Assembly: GCF_000150275.1 (NCBI RefSeq)
Contig: NW_002060946.1
Location: forward strand, 677,562 to 741,561
DNA from: Trichoplax adhaerens
Taxonomy: Eukaryota; Animalia; Placozoa
Direction: 5' to 3'
DNA: 64,000 bases
This document shows, piece by piece, positions 47,130-61,369 of the stretch (position 1 is the first letter of the stretch; every line of letters begins with the position of its first letter). A model generated the notes under the pieces. The model did no database searches and was not told where the DNA came from. It was given only the letters and a program-made list of their open reading frames with translations. The position numbers and the translations under genes are program-made.

Positions 47130-50100
47130 TTACTCAAGTGTGTAGTTAAAAAGGGTTGTCGATCTCCAACTAAGAAGACGCACTACTACGAATGATAACA
47201 GTAGAACTCCCAAACCAATGAAGAAAATACCGGTCTGAAACGAAAATTTTTAAATTGATTAACAAAAATCAATAATAAGATAGATCCTAATCATGAAAAC
47301 ATCTTACTTGCAATGAAGGATTTGGGACAAGAAACATCTTTAAATCAACAGATTGCCACCTAAAAATATCAAATTTAATTTTAGTCTCATCTTTGGAACA
47401 TAAATGTCGATCTATAGTCAGGTCTAATTTATAGAATGCAACAAGCATACCTGCTTTCAGCCCAAGTTGAATAATTTTTAGATTTATAGTCTTTAAGTAA
47501 AAATGCAGGAGATACAGCAGGCGAATAATAAACGGTACCCCTATAGCACACGTTTTTAAAATCTTGTCCTTGAAACCATAAATAATTATATGCCTAGTAC
47601 AAAGCAATTTCATTAGGGGGATTTCAAGGTATCTTAATCAGCCTAAATTTTAACATAGTTCATTTAATACTTACAGAGTTGTCTGACGTATTAGATTTAC
47701 AATTGCTCTGCTTGGTTACATCAGCCAACTGATTTCCAGTAAAATACATCATTAAATGGTTAGTTAAATTCGTGACTTGATTAGGGCTTTGAGATACTCC
47801 CACCATACGAGGATACGCTGATGATGCTATTTAATTTAAATTAAAATCAACTGTTAAGCTCTATATCCATTCTAAGGATTGTAGCCATCTTTTGCGATCT
47901 ACTTACGTAAATTTTTAGCATTACTATTCGAAACAACCTGCTGAAAGAGGGTGCATGATGCATTCTGAAGGAAACAGTGTAGCAACTCTGAGGTCTATAA
48001 TAAAACATGCGAAAAATATTAATATTGTACCGGTAATATTATTAACGCAATTTGAACGGAGTAATTACTACTAAGAGCTTACCATATCTTCATCTGCTGT
48101 TATTTTCGATAGGTCAGGAGTAGGATTAGAATCAGAAGCCAACATATAAAGAGTTCTTGCAACAGTTGTTGCCAATCTGGTTAGATGCTGCAAACAAGTG
48201 TGGAGTCAGCCCGGTTACAGTTCTTACATTGTAGTTACCTTTATTTTTTAGCAAGTAGATTTAGGATCGAATTCATACCTTTGATAATGAATTTGGATCT
48301 CGCAATCCCTGTGAAGATAGCTTATCCATTACTTGGTTCAAAGAATCATAATGGCTGTTATAATAGCTAAAAAACGAAAGTAGCTTTCAATTCGATAATA
48401 TTTTCTCAATCGTATGAAACGATATCTATAGCGAAGGTTATCAAATTTATCTTACGCATTCGTAAAATTTTTTTTATGATCAGTTAATACGAGGCCAGAT
48501 AGTCCACTATCTTTACGAAGAAACCTTTGTACTGAAGCTGGTGGAAGAGGCAAATCATTGGATGCCTTACTAATATTAACTCCAGCACCAGTTCCCGCTT
48601 TTACCAATGCAGCGAAAAAAGCATCATTCTAAAACGGTAGACCCGAAATTTCTTGTGATACATGATTGATCATGCACAGATAAAAATTAAAGAATCAAGA
48701 GAATAAAATAATTTTGATACATACCCTCGATTTATCACCACTAGATGGGTCAAAGTGAGCCCATAAGGATTTTTCATCTTCCAGTCCTACCTGTCTAAGT
48801 TCTAAAAATTGACCAATGTTTTTCAATGTAATATTAGCCGGCCAATCCTAAAATGAATCAAGTCAAATATTAGAAAGTTGAATTGTTAACACTCTGTTAA
48901 TGCTAATTTGCCTTAGAATTGCCTGGAAACATTCCACTCTCCATATCATATACCATCCTTGAGGATCCAATGTAGTCCCAGCTTTCCTAAATTTAATATA
49001 AATTCATCGTTATGGTAATAAATTATCACTAGATGCATTGATAAAGTCAATGATCGCATACTCCTTGAAAAAATGCAAACATAATAGGCTTTTTCGGCTT
49101 CGTTAGCTTATTCTAGAGAAATTAAAATAGTAAGTAGTTAGCATAGCAAACAATAGTCGCTGACTATAAATAAAGTTTAAACAAACCGAATTTTTGGCTT
49201 TACCCAAGGCATATGCTGCAGATAATAAAGTTATGAAGCCTGAAGCATCATTATCAGTTCCAGGTGCAAAGTTGTAAAACTGGGATATGGAATCCAACTA
49301 TAAGTTTAAAAGTTAGCTTAATCATTAATTTATGACTAGTACTGCTTTGATAACATTGCTATAACATTAAACACTAAACCGATAGCAATGATAATACATT
49401 ACAGAAACATTTTTTGTACTTTGTGCGTAAATGTATACATTGAAGAGATCTCGTAAATTAAGCTATACTGTACTGTAGTACTGGGTAGGCTATCAATGAC
49501 TGATATACCTGTGCCGCTGCAATTATGAGTTCCCTTTCTTTAAGAGGGTTATTCATTGGATATAGTGTCGACCATACATTACTATCGCCAAGGGGATCAC
49601 AAAATCCTATTACGTAGTATTAAAATAGCCAAATTATGCGTTAATTCTAATGCTTCCCTATACAGATTCTTACAATATTCATACCTCCAGATGTTAATGA
49701 ACCAGCAATATTTCTACGCATGCAAACTTCAGTATTAGAAGGAGTAAACATGAAATCTCCCATTTGTACCGCACACAACGGATAAATTAGCTCTCCCTTG
49801 CTTGTAGGCATATTATGCTTAAGGTAGCACTACAATGAGATTTTGTTCAGAGGTTTTAGTTTAATACCGGATACGGTAGCATTATGTTACGTAAGTTTCT
49901 ATATCTACTAATAAATCTCGGCTAGTACGCTTGTAACTCATATATACGTATAGGATATAGAACCTGTTTTAATCTTTGAATGTCATCCTCCATATAAACA
50001 CGGAATATAGGAAAATCGAAACTTTTGTATAACATTCCACTTCCCTTTTTAGTGCAAAATACATCGATAAAGCGCATTAAAGTAACTGAAAGCAATACCA

Positions 50101-51715
50101 ATTTATCTTTACGCTGTAGAGTAAGCTTACATGAGGATTCCACTCTATTCTTTTGCAACTCTGATATTGGCTATTGTCAACGTACATGCCTAAATAGTTA
50201 AGTGAATATAATTAATGGCTTCGAAAGCATTAGTTGGATATATCTATGAAATAATTACGATTACTTTAATTTCTCTAAATTATTTTACCGAAGCCATCGT
50301 TGGGACATGGTTTATCAGGAGAATAAGCTAATATAAATGTAATTATAAAGTTTCACCAATTTGATAGTCATTTAAATTAGGCAAATATGATTACTATTTG
50401 AAAAAATATTAAGGAATGATTATAATATATGCCTATAGTAGTAGAAATACCGTCAGGAATTTCTTTATCATCAGAAGCAGTATCATTAGCTCCTAGTATA
50501 ATGATTCCAGCAATCTTTCGCTTACTCATTAAGAAATTGACGTTGTCTCTGTAAGGAGATTTAATACATAATTAAGTTTTGATTAGTAGATAAGCGATAT
50601 TAAGTAATGCATTTATGCTGTGATTATGTAGGATTATAGTTAGACGTAAAAGAATTTTTCAAAACGTATCATTTTATTGCTTTGGTGCAATTTATCGGTA
50701 AAGTTCGCCATCATGCAGTTAATCACATCATATTGAATTAATTAATTATAGATTATTGTAATACTAGAGGAATAGATGCATTATTTACTACTTACAAATT
50801 AAATAACTTTGGAGTCATTAACGGAACATAATCAATATCAAGCTTGCTTGTAGCTAATTTATTCATATCAGAAAAACTCTCCACCAAGTGTAAGACGCCA
50901 ACATTTCGCCAGTACTTGGCTATAGGAAGTACATAAAAAATTTATCCATATAATACAATGCATGTTAGATATCTATTTTAACTTTTAAAATTTCTGAACT
51001 ATATAGAACTACAGCTTTTAACTTTACTCGTATCATTGATATTTTGTTCAATGATGATATTAACCTTAAACGTCAACAATAGTGATAAGCAATTAGCATA
51101 GTACTGTGTCATTGTTACTTACAGGTGCATCCAATGCTGTGATTCTTATTGGTGTACCTGACGCAATAATTAAATGAGGTGATATCACGGTATACCAGTT
51201 TATTCACTGTTTGGCCGTGAGCAACTGTCCAAAAAATGAGTCAAGATTAAGAACGGTACTACTTCTTTATCTCTTGTCAAATACAAGTAATCTATTTTTC
51301 GATTCAATTGGTAGAAATAGGGTTACAACAAGGTTGTAATAATAGTGATGAGCAGTAATATAGCCACCGCTGTTCATTGATAGTACTACATTTAACTCTA
51401 AATTTACCTTACCCTCATTAATTACAATGACTAAGTAGCATACTTTTGGTTTATACCATATACCAAATACGTAATCAATTCTACTATACAGTACTGTGAT
51501 CATGACTGAATTCCATTTCTTCTCATTGTTCGTTTCCATCGAGCGAAATCAATTCTACGTGTACGTACATACCAAACTCGTAAACTAATGGATTGAAAAC
51601 TGATCTAATTCTATATGCTACAGATATTAAGGCATATAATCCAGTGATTACCGTGACATATCAAGATTAACCAAGCAAGCCGTAGTAGAAATCGATCACA
51701 ACAGTTGGGCTTCAT
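47130..51715 (-). CDS. NCSTN: Nicastrin (gamma-secretase subunit), multi-exon
   Basis: Signal exon MKPNCCDRFLLRLAWLILICHG. Conserved blocks: FSPDKPCPNDGFG; LDSISQFYNFAPG; ESWDYIGSSRMVYDM (DYIGS motif); LPLPPASVQRFLR; WAESRW; MFLVP. TM exon TGIFFIGLGVLLLSFVVV, stop at 47130. Confidence 0.95.
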
Positions 51716-51779
51716 CTTTTCTCCAGTGGGGGAAATGACGTTTTCCTTCCAATCCTTCAGTGGAGTGCGATCATGGTGC

Positions 51780-52135
51780 TGTACGATACAGTACAGTGCG
51801 ATATAACAGTATAGGACACTACTGTACCGTGCTGATAAAAGTTGACTAAGGTTTACACTAGGCTGGATTCTAACTGTAAGCACTGCAGATACAGTACTAC
51901 AGTACAGTACTGTACTGTAATAAGCAAATACAGTACTGTACACTGTAGCGTACATCTGTATAGCAGTACTGACGTCATACTGTACAGTACCTTACTGTAC
52001 AGACAGTTACAGTACTGTACTGTAAACGTTATACTGTACTGTACTGTCTGTACTGCATAAGTACTAGACTGGACTGGATCGGACCAAGCTGGACTTAGTC
52101 TTATAGTATGCAATACTGACTCACACTACAGTACA
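51780..52135. repeat. (GTACT/TACAG)n array in the NCSTN/BBIP1 divergent intergenic region
   Basis: Dense tacagtac/gtactgta copies, e.g. 51890-51920 and 52008-52052. Confidence 0.85.
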
Positions 52136-52191
52136 AAGAAAGTGCTGGTACCGAATAGCTATCTACTGAGTCAACTCAACTGGAGGCACTC

Positions 52192-52204
52192 GTAACTTGG
52201 ATAC
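52192..52204. promoter_or_regulatory. Possible X-box (1-nt spacer) upstream of BBIP1
   Basis: GTAACT-T-GGATAC, a degenerate match about 155 bp before the predicted ATG. Confidence 0.35.
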
Positions 52205-52358
52205 CAACTTGATATAACATCGAACTTGGACGTATTCACATCGGCAAACGTAAGCGGTTATTAATTCAAAGTACTAGAGTACCTACTTTAATCAGGCTTT
52301 ATCTGATACGGTTTGATAATAATTTAGTAAATCTAGTAAATTCTATTCCTCGCTCAGG

Positions 52359-53461
52359 ATGCTATCGCCAGAGGTAAGATTAAGATAACATTCTTAACGT
52401 ACTACTGTAAGCGTATTATGCCACCATCCTAAGTATACACGAAAAGTGATTCCTAGAACAACGGCATTAATTTTACTAGGGATAGTCGATTAAGTCTTGA
52501 GAGATAAAACCTTTCGTAGAAGTGCTTAATAATCAATACTTTAATGTGAACTTTGAGTAATTCTTAGTAGCCTCTAGTGCAATCATGCTCTTACTTAGTA
52601 TTGTAGAGACCTAGACGTGATATCAATTGTTGTTGCACTATTGCATTGCAATTTTCAATAGTATATTATAATAAAATGTACGAGTATGTATAGTACATAT
52701 TTTTAAGATTATTTACGAAGGTATGAACGAGTACCAACGATTAAATACAAAGAGAGTCTAGACTATTTATACAATAACTACCAGTATCATATAAGTTTAT
52801 ACATACGTGAACGTAATAGAAGTATAAAATTATGATGCCTTTACATCAAGCGATTAATTTATTAGTAACTCTTCTAGTTACTGCTTGAACATCATTAGAA
52901 CGGAAGAGTATAACTTGCAGTATTACACGTATACAACTGCAGTTGGTGACAATTACATAAATCACGTTTTGCTTAAATTATAACACACTAATAAGTATGA
53001 ATACACGCTTGCAGTATAGAGATAGTGCTAGAGGCGCTTCAAAAACAATTAAGGAAGTTTTACCCAAGTGTGGTATGCTGTTTGCTGAAGAAGGTGCTCA
53101 AGCCGTAAGTTTATCTTTAAAACAGATATTATTATGTCCGATGTGTAAAGAATTTAACTGCATTGCATTATGTATTTACAAGATTCTTTGCAAACCGAAA
53201 TTAATGCCTTTGAAATCGGTTACACTTGAAAAACTAGATAAGATGCAAAAAGAGGCAAGTATTATGTTATAGTTGATCGTCAACTATCATCAGTTATTTC
53301 CTTTTTCGTAGTATTAATGCTGCATATAAACCTCCATTCCACTTATCACCTATTAAATAATGTTTGCAAAACTATCGATCCAATAATATATTTAGGCTCA
53401 AGAAACTGTTAAGCAACAGGAACTTCAAAAATTAGCTGAGGAAGAAGAAAAGATCGCTTGA
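52359..53461 (+). CDS. BBIP1: BBSome-interacting protein 1 (BBS18), 4 exons
   Basis: Exons 52359-52373 (tentative), 53015-53104, 53183-53254 and 53396-53461 give KEVLPKCGMLFAEE...[33 protein letters not shown]. Confidence 0.9.
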
Positions 53462-54348
53462 ATACAATATATGTATAGTTTAAGACAACATCTAATATAC
53501 TGTCATTCTATAAAGCATTCTACAGAAAAAATATGAATTTTTTCAAATTACAATCAATCAGTATCTTAACTAGATAGACGATTCATCCGGGAGTAATGAT
53601 AGAGTAGTGATACTTCAGTAGGAGAGTGTACTACTTGAACTATAGATAATATAGCGTGTTCAAAGTTCCGGATATATTGCACACTTCCATGCAATAGCAA
53701 TTATAATTGATACCGTATAATTTATTAAAATTTGTTCATGATTGCTTAAATTATCTTAGTTATTGCTGCCGTTCTATTGATTATCGCGTGTAAATAGATG
53801 AACTCAAGGCATATTATGGCTAGATTGTAATTTAAGATCACCTACACTTGAAACCTCCATGATAAAATGTAATGCATATTCACGTATCAAATCATAAGCT
53901 TTAATAAACTTTATATTTCAAATTAAGTCCAATGATACTTTCTTAAATATTGTGATATACCTAAAACTACTAATTACATATCGTGAATACACATAGAAGC
54001 TACATAGTAAGCATGTGGAGTAAGCATATATTGCATAATTTAGGGATATCTTGAATAGAATTAAGAGCCATGTAAGTATTTCATATATAATAAAGCATTG
54101 CTAACCAGCAACTGTACAAACAGTGAAAACTTTAAGCTATTAAAACATAAGATATTTAATTTAATCATGATTTCAACTTTATGCCGATAATGCTATATTT
54201 ATTCCCTAAAAATATAGAAAAAAATTTAATTTTATAAAAAACGATAACCTTTTTACGTTGATCAGATTTAAGTCACAATCTACGTCTCTATGGAATAAAT
54301 GCATAAAGTAGTTTGATTTAAGAGTATATGTGCCTTTGCAGAACAGTC

Positions 54349-55401
54349 TTACGCTGTTTTTGCAAATTTCTTCCACTGATCAACATACGCAGCTCCAGAT
54401 GTTGTCAGAAATGTGTTATATGTGTTTCTAAGAGGAGGGAGATCTAACTCTGGTTGATGAGCAGGAAAGGCATATTTATCTCTACCTGTAATGTTTTAAA
54501 TCGTAATATATATATCATTTATCAAGAAATTTGAGATATTTGATACTGGAATAACTAATTTTTCATAGCCTATTTTAAAACACAATCTAGCAGTCAAATT
54601 ATGGTATCTTTTCAAATACTACTTCGTTAATTATAATCACGCTATTTTACGGCTTACTTTTTAACTTGCGAACTTGGTGGTCGATTTCTGGGGACTTTTT
54701 CGAAACGTATTCGACATTGTAGGTGGTTTCATAGTAGTGAGAAAACTATACAAGAATAACAACTGGGGTTTTAATGTTTATTTTAAATGTAAATAATTTT
54801 TATTCTAAATCAAGTAATGCACTTTTACTGCAATACAAAACTGTAAATCGTTATCGCTAGCTATTAATAATATAATGTACGCTCATATATTGTTATAATT
54901 TTTTGATTAATGTTAATATAATTATTATAAAACATATTACTGCATTGATAATGATCGTTTTACTAATATATTGGATAAGCGGATGTATGATCACACTGCT
55001 TCAACTATAGCCAACATTATAGCGTAAAGGAAAAAACTATGAATTCTATATAGTTACGATTATATAATCACTGTTATACACATTCCATTTATATATATAT
55101 GACATACGAGTATATTGGTCATAAAACCAATTAACTTATTCATATGTAAGACAACATTATTTAATGATCGTCATTCACTTACCCGTGATGGTAGGCATTT
55201 TCTTTTACTTACGCTAGTAAGATCTAGCTTTTCTTCCACCCAGTTACCTACTAGTACTCCCTTCCGATAGACATCATCGCGTTTACCAGATCTCCAGCCG
55301 AATTGACTAAATTTATTTTTGTCTGTGTGATCCCAAACTTCTCCTTGGGTTGTAGCCCTCACATAACTCATAAAAGGCAAATCTGTTTGGTTTTGAGCCA
55401 T
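54349..55401 (-). CDS. CFAP68: CFAP68 (C11orf1) microtubule inner protein homologue, 3 exons
   Basis: GEVWDHTDKNKFSQFGWR...LVGNWVEEK...LPSR / FSHYYETTY / AFPAHQPELD match the C11orf1 motifs. Confidence 0.88.
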
Positions 55402-55514
55402 CTTATGCAAATTAAAGCTTTTACTACAGGTAAGTATGTTTTATAAATTGAACAGCGGGGCTAACAACATGTCATATACGCACTAACTTCCTATGACTTG
55501 GTGGGAAGCCCAAA

Positions 55515-55528
55515 GTTACTATAGCAAC
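55515..55528. promoter_or_regulatory. RFX X-box upstream of CFAP68
   Basis: GTTACT-AT-AGCAAC, a consensus match 114 bp from the ATG. Confidence 0.8.
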
Positions 55529-56569
55529 CATATGATAAATCCAATTTCATGGTACAACTGGGGGTCATACTCGTACAGATAGTATAGTCAGTACATTAGC
55601 CATTAAGCACCCTTCAGTATCATACTATTGGTTAAAGAAAAGAGAGGCAGCTTAGTAGCATTAATTAATTAATTAATTAATAAATTGATTAATTTGTTTT
55701 GTTCTCAAAAGAATAGAAAAGCTAGTGATGCGAAGTTACTCGCGCATGATCTTTATCTGATTTCTATGGCCTCATATTTCTCGAAATTTATAAGATCTAC
55801 GCAAATTAAAATGGATGTCGACTTGTGCCAAGATAGTTTTGATCTGCATATCTCAGCCAAACTTTATATTTAGAGTGATGATTCATGTTTTTTATAATTT
55901 AGTTATTGTTTAATGGGAGAGTCCTAAAATAATACTGTGACTAAGATCAAGTTCTAGGACAGTACTAAATATCAAACAGTTCGCCTAAGCAATGATATAC
56001 ATTGTATATTCATATCGTGCAGTGCATGCGTAGAAATAATATAAGACTATACATATGTACTAAGCATCTTATTAAATTTAATGACTTCTTACTGTCAGTG
56101 AATCATATAATGCAGATGATTTGATATCCTAAAGGAATGTTACAGTAAATTATTTCAGAGTGAATTTACATACCTGCTCGCGAGGCATTGTGGAAGTAAA
56201 CTTTAAGATATATCGTAGCAAATTTAACACTTTTCTGTCGTTTATAGTTTTTTTCTACAAAGTCAGCTCTCGTTGCAATTTTGTGCTTAAATTGCCGGCC
56301 TTTCAGCTATTTAAGTGAGTTATAGGAAATTCAATCACCTCCGAATTACTGCAATTAATTCCACTGTTAAGATATTAAAGTTAATTTTATATGTTAATTC
56401 TATATTATTTGCAGTCACTATCTGAACAATTTATGCCATATTTGTAGCGGATATATGCTTATAAGAACATACTGCAATCCATAAGCTTCGCTATTTATTA
56501 AGATTAACACTGATTCCTTAATTGGACTTCTATACCATACTTTCTTTTTAGCTGAAATACGTGTCAAAA

Positions 56570-57708
56570 ATGGTTCTTGATGGTGAATATTATGCCGCTA
56601 CAACTATTGTAGTGACTACTCTAATCATTTATTATGGTCGTGACTTGCACTTAAAAACTTTGAGCCACTGTCAGTATCTTCCAACTGTATTTGCTATAAT
56701 ATTTAGTTGGCATCGTGGCACTCTGCAATCTTTATTACATCGAGCTCTTTTATTAAATCAAAGCTATCAGGTACACAGTACACAGCTTAAGTTAACTTCA
56801 CTGGTTTTTTAAAAATAGTTTTAATTATGATATTCTACATAAATTATGGCGTAATCGCTTGTTTTATAGTCATTAGAGATCATAATAGGTACAGCCTTAG
56901 TAATCCTTATTATGTAGCATTCTGCTGTTTCATAAAGCATATCCAAACTATTGCTATGTCGATTTAAGAATCGATAACGTATTAACAATTAAGCGTTTAC
57001 ATAACATAAAATTTTTTGTTGTGATTTCTTAACTTAAATAGAAAAAGCTGATAAGAAAGATATTCCATATAACTGAACTATATTAAATTTGGGGTTGATT
57101 GTTTTAATAAGGTTATCGGGCTTCATATAATGCAAGGGATTACGATAGCTGCAGCTTCCATTGGACTAGTAGCAATGCTAGATGTCTTTTTGGGCTGGGG
57201 TATCATTAAGCAAAGTAAAAACTCAAACACTATTTTTGGACCAAACACAATTTCGAATTATGGCATCTTTAGTTTATTGAGAGCTTTTGGAGAAGAATTT
57301 GGTTGGCGCTGCTATCTCATGCCGATACTTTTGGCAAAATACAACGTCATGGAAACATTATTTATTAGTGGTATCATCTGGGCATTATTTCATATTCCAA
57401 TTATGATATTACTAACTGCTAGATATGAAGTTGAAAGACCGTTGTATACCTGGGTGCTGCAAGGCTTATCTGTATTTCTTGACGCTTATGTATTTGGTTG
57501 GTTATCAATCCAGACAAATTACTCCCTATGGGCTGCAGGATCATTTCATGCTGCATGGAATTTCATTAATCCAATTGTGTTGGGTAGCGTATATACAAAT
57601 ACAGATGGCATTATTAAAGGAGAACTATGGAAAATTAACGGTGAAGGCTTAGCTGGTTGTATTGTTAGTCTTATGATGATTTATTTAATACAGTTAAATA
57701 TATCTTAG
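56570..57708 (+). CDS. CPBP/Abi-family (type II CAAX protease-like) intramembrane glutamic protease, 2 exons
   Basis: Exons 56570-56770 and 57112-57708 join in phase 0. All three family motifs are present: GEEFGWR (EExxxR), WALFH (FxxxH) and HAAWN (HxxxN). Multiple hydrophobic segments. Confidence 0.85.
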
Positions 57709-58828
57709 CTCTTGTAGTTATTTTTTAAAAGTCATTTATAGAAAGTAATTACATTTTAAAAATAATTAATTTCATTAGAGCCAGTTACTTTTATCTTCGT
57801 TTATATGTTGCTAAGAGTAAGTATCTATAAATGTATCATTGCATACAACTTGCATAAATGCTAATATTGATACTGTATCATTTTCAATCTGACTGACCAC
57901 ACGTTGGCTGAATACCACCTAATAGCTCTACTAGCATTACATTGAGAGTAAATAGATAATTTACAAATAAAAGTGCAGTATCTGTTTCTTTAAGTTCTTC
58001 GATCTTGCGAAAGAGCTACTGAGGATTAGATAAGCTAAATCGGTAGGAAAAATGTTGAAGTTCCATTTCGCAAAATCTTTTCACTCTTTTGCCAATATCC
58101 GTATCCGTATTCATTCTCACAAATCAATTAATAAATTTTTAACCTAGATGTATTACAAATTAATTCGTAAGTTGTACACACTCTTAGACCTGGTTTTTGC
58201 AAGTTTCTACAGAACAGTCATGACAGTAAAATGACGGAGTTTATTTATGATCTCAAAATCTTTAACTTTTTCTCACTATCAAATTTTATTATTAAATTCT
58301 TCTGACCAATAACTGCTATAAAAGTCTTCATACATGTGTTACTCTAATATGCTTTTCAATACGTAGAAATATAATCGGTATAATTTAATGCCTACACAAA
58401 ATGTACATTTCTATTACAGAAAGTAATAATTCTTTCTATGTACGCATATAGAGGATTCAGTGTAGTAGCCCACAGGTAGACTGATGATGGCATTCTACTT
58501 TATAAGAATACTGGCGCTACTATTAGGGAGGCTTTGGGGAATATGCAAAGAAAGCTTACCTTGTTCTATTTATTAGCGTTATAATGATATTGATATTTAA
58601 TTCAATTAAACTTAACTTAAACTTTTGTACAAAGTTTGCAAATAAGTTTATTGAAAGCAAATTTAGTTTTCAAATCAATTCAGTTAATAAGAATCAATCA
58701 TTTCCCGTTTTATCGTCCTAGTATACTGGTATATCCCTTACTAAAAGGAGATATTTCAAAATATACAACCAAATAGAGATTATATCAGTGATAATTTTAG
58801 TTTTTTAATTACAGCTAGTATAATAACA

Positions 58829-61112
58829 TTAATACAAGTTGATGGTAGGTTGCATAATAGTATCAGTAGTAAAGATTCCTAATTGTGCCATTTCTGTTTT
58901 TAACTTCGTCATCATATCACCTGAAAGTTCCTGTAATGGAGAGCGTGGAATACCAATGTCTAATCCCCGCAAGGTCAACATTGCTTTATGAACAGTAACC
59001 TCATTACCTGCCAACGTAATAAATCAAAATTGATAATCAAATATCATTCCTCTAATATTTCTGGATATATTCTTAAAATATATTTGATAATTGAGGTGTT
59101 GTACGCACTGTATGAACCTAATTTTCTGTGTACAGCGTTAACAATGCCCTATTAATAAGAGAAATTGAAATTGTCAGGGCAAAAATCTAATAAAACAAAG
59201 TAATCTGCCAACTCCAAAGTAGTAACTCACCGACGACATGAAATACCTTACTTGATTAATTATATACTAAAAAGACTTTGATAAATTAAAATAGCATATC
59301 TTACTTGTAGCCGTCGAGCTTCGTGTATATTACCAAGTTTAAAGCAATCAATGATACCATTGTATAATTTTCCTAAATAACCATATACGCTAGAATAATT
59401 TATCGACAATACAAAAAAGCAATTAAAATTTTACGATCATTTAAAACGACATATGAAATTTCACGCCTTAATAAAATAATTTTAATCTGTAATATTTACT
59501 GGCTTTGAAAGATCGTACACCCGACCGCAAGACCTCCTAAAAATTGCTAAAACAAAGAGTACTCGTAAGATTGTAATTTATTTGCAAATTAAAAAAATGA
59601 AACTTAAATGTACCACGAATCTTAAAGTATATTTGAGGCTTAATATTACTTAAGAAACTTCAGTTGTGTACCTCTTCTCTCCCCATGATCATGAAATAAT
59701 TTTTCGAATGAACACTCGAGGTTTTACATAGGCCGTAGTCACACAAATTATAACCATTGTATTGCGTACCACAGAACGTTGGAACATCAAATGCAATACA
59801 GTTCAAAATTTCTTCAAGATTTAGAACAGAAACTACAAATATTCGTTAGTGGTTGCTCGTAACAGTACGTACTATGCCATAAACTAAAGGTTAAATCAAT
59901 TGAATACAAAAATATTTCTCTATAACACATACATGGTTCTGTACTGGATGTAATAATAGTTTCTTCAGAGTGATTATATAAGAGAGGTATATTAGGAGCA
60001 TCGCGAGAAATATTAGACAAGTAATTTGTTAAGGTTGCTAAAGAAAACAATGAAAAAGAAAGTAAACTTTAGTACCAATGCGATAGTGACACAGGAAAGG
60101 ATTTCATGCTAACTAGTGATTGTCACTTGGAGATTTTTTAATGCCCAAGCTCCCTAAGTATCGGTAGTAACTTAAACATAGAATCAAAATTCATCTGCGA
60201 TATATCTTACCTATTCTAGTTTTATATCCATAACTTGGACAAGTACAACTAATAGCTGAAACACCAACGGATTGTGCAAAGCGTGCCTAACAAAAGTATC
60301 AGGAATAAAAAACACCATAGCGTAAGTTAAATTAATAAAATCTTTCTACCACTTTTACTCGTATAGAACGCATGCGTTAAAAATAAAAAAAGAATCGAGT
60401 GACTACCAGTTCAGTTGCTGCGTTGAGACAATCGCAACTAACGTTACAGATGATTCCCTGAAGTCTACATAAGCAAGTTTTATTATAATAAATTCAATTA
60501 CCAATAATACAATTATTGCAAATGTAAGTTTAATTGTACGAAATTTACAGTAAACATACTTTCCCTGAGATGCTCTAGCCCATTCTTGTACTATGGCTTT
60601 CCTTTCGTCGATCGTTAATGATTTATATTCACCAGCATCACTACATACTGTTGGTTGGTTAGCAATTAGGAGTAACACCCATATTAATCAATATTAACAG
60701 AAATAAGTGCGATAAAGATAGATGAAGTAGAGCTTTAGCTTTCATAATATTAAACTTACTGTGACAAATCGTAATACCATCGCTGAGTAACAAATTAATA
60801 TATTGTGGAATTAAGGTTAAATTGAGTTCTCTGCTCGTATAAATATTTTTATTAGTTATAATAAATGTTAATGTTGTATTGTTGAAATTAAATGATGAGA
60901 TTAATCTTAGTGATTTAGACTATAGGAATAATTTAAGAGCAACTTAAGGACCACCTTGCCTATTAGCTATAGTGAACATGACATCACCATATTGTATTCA
61001 AAAGAATGTAGGTAATAAATGAGCTAATAGAGTAAACTAACCCGTTACGATGAAAAGGAGTCAATACGTCAGCTATTAAACCTTCTACCATAAATTGTTT
61101 AGGTGTCGTAAT
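58829..61112 (-). CDS. N-acetylneuraminate lyase/DHDPS-family TIM-barrel domain with degenerate active site, multi-exon
   Basis: Collinear with animal NPL: GLIADVLTPFHRNG / ICSDAGEYKSLTIDERK...W / ARFAQSVGVSAI / VPTFCGTQYNGYNLCDYGLC / YGYLGK / KAMLTLRGLDIGIPRSPL. Confidence 0.85.
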
Positions 61113-61369
61113 CTAGATTTTAATAACAATATCGAATGGTGCAAAATTAATTGATTAATATTTTTTCTAAATCTTTAGCAGAAACTAAGGCGAAAATTTT
61201 GATTGAAATAGTTGAGATGTATTGCTAATTGTACCATAATTATAATTACTGTAGTTATGAAAATTATCCAATGTTACTATGGAAAAAGATAGATGATATC
61301 TATAATTAATAATACTACAAAGTTATGCAGCACAACATGCTGAATGGAGGTATTTTTCGTATAACTTAC

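Noticed and set aside
59231-59246. Possible micro-exon in the NPL-like gene before a GTGAGT donor
   Set aside because: No AG acceptor gives a frame-preserving inclusion, and direct splicing of the flanking exons is in frame.
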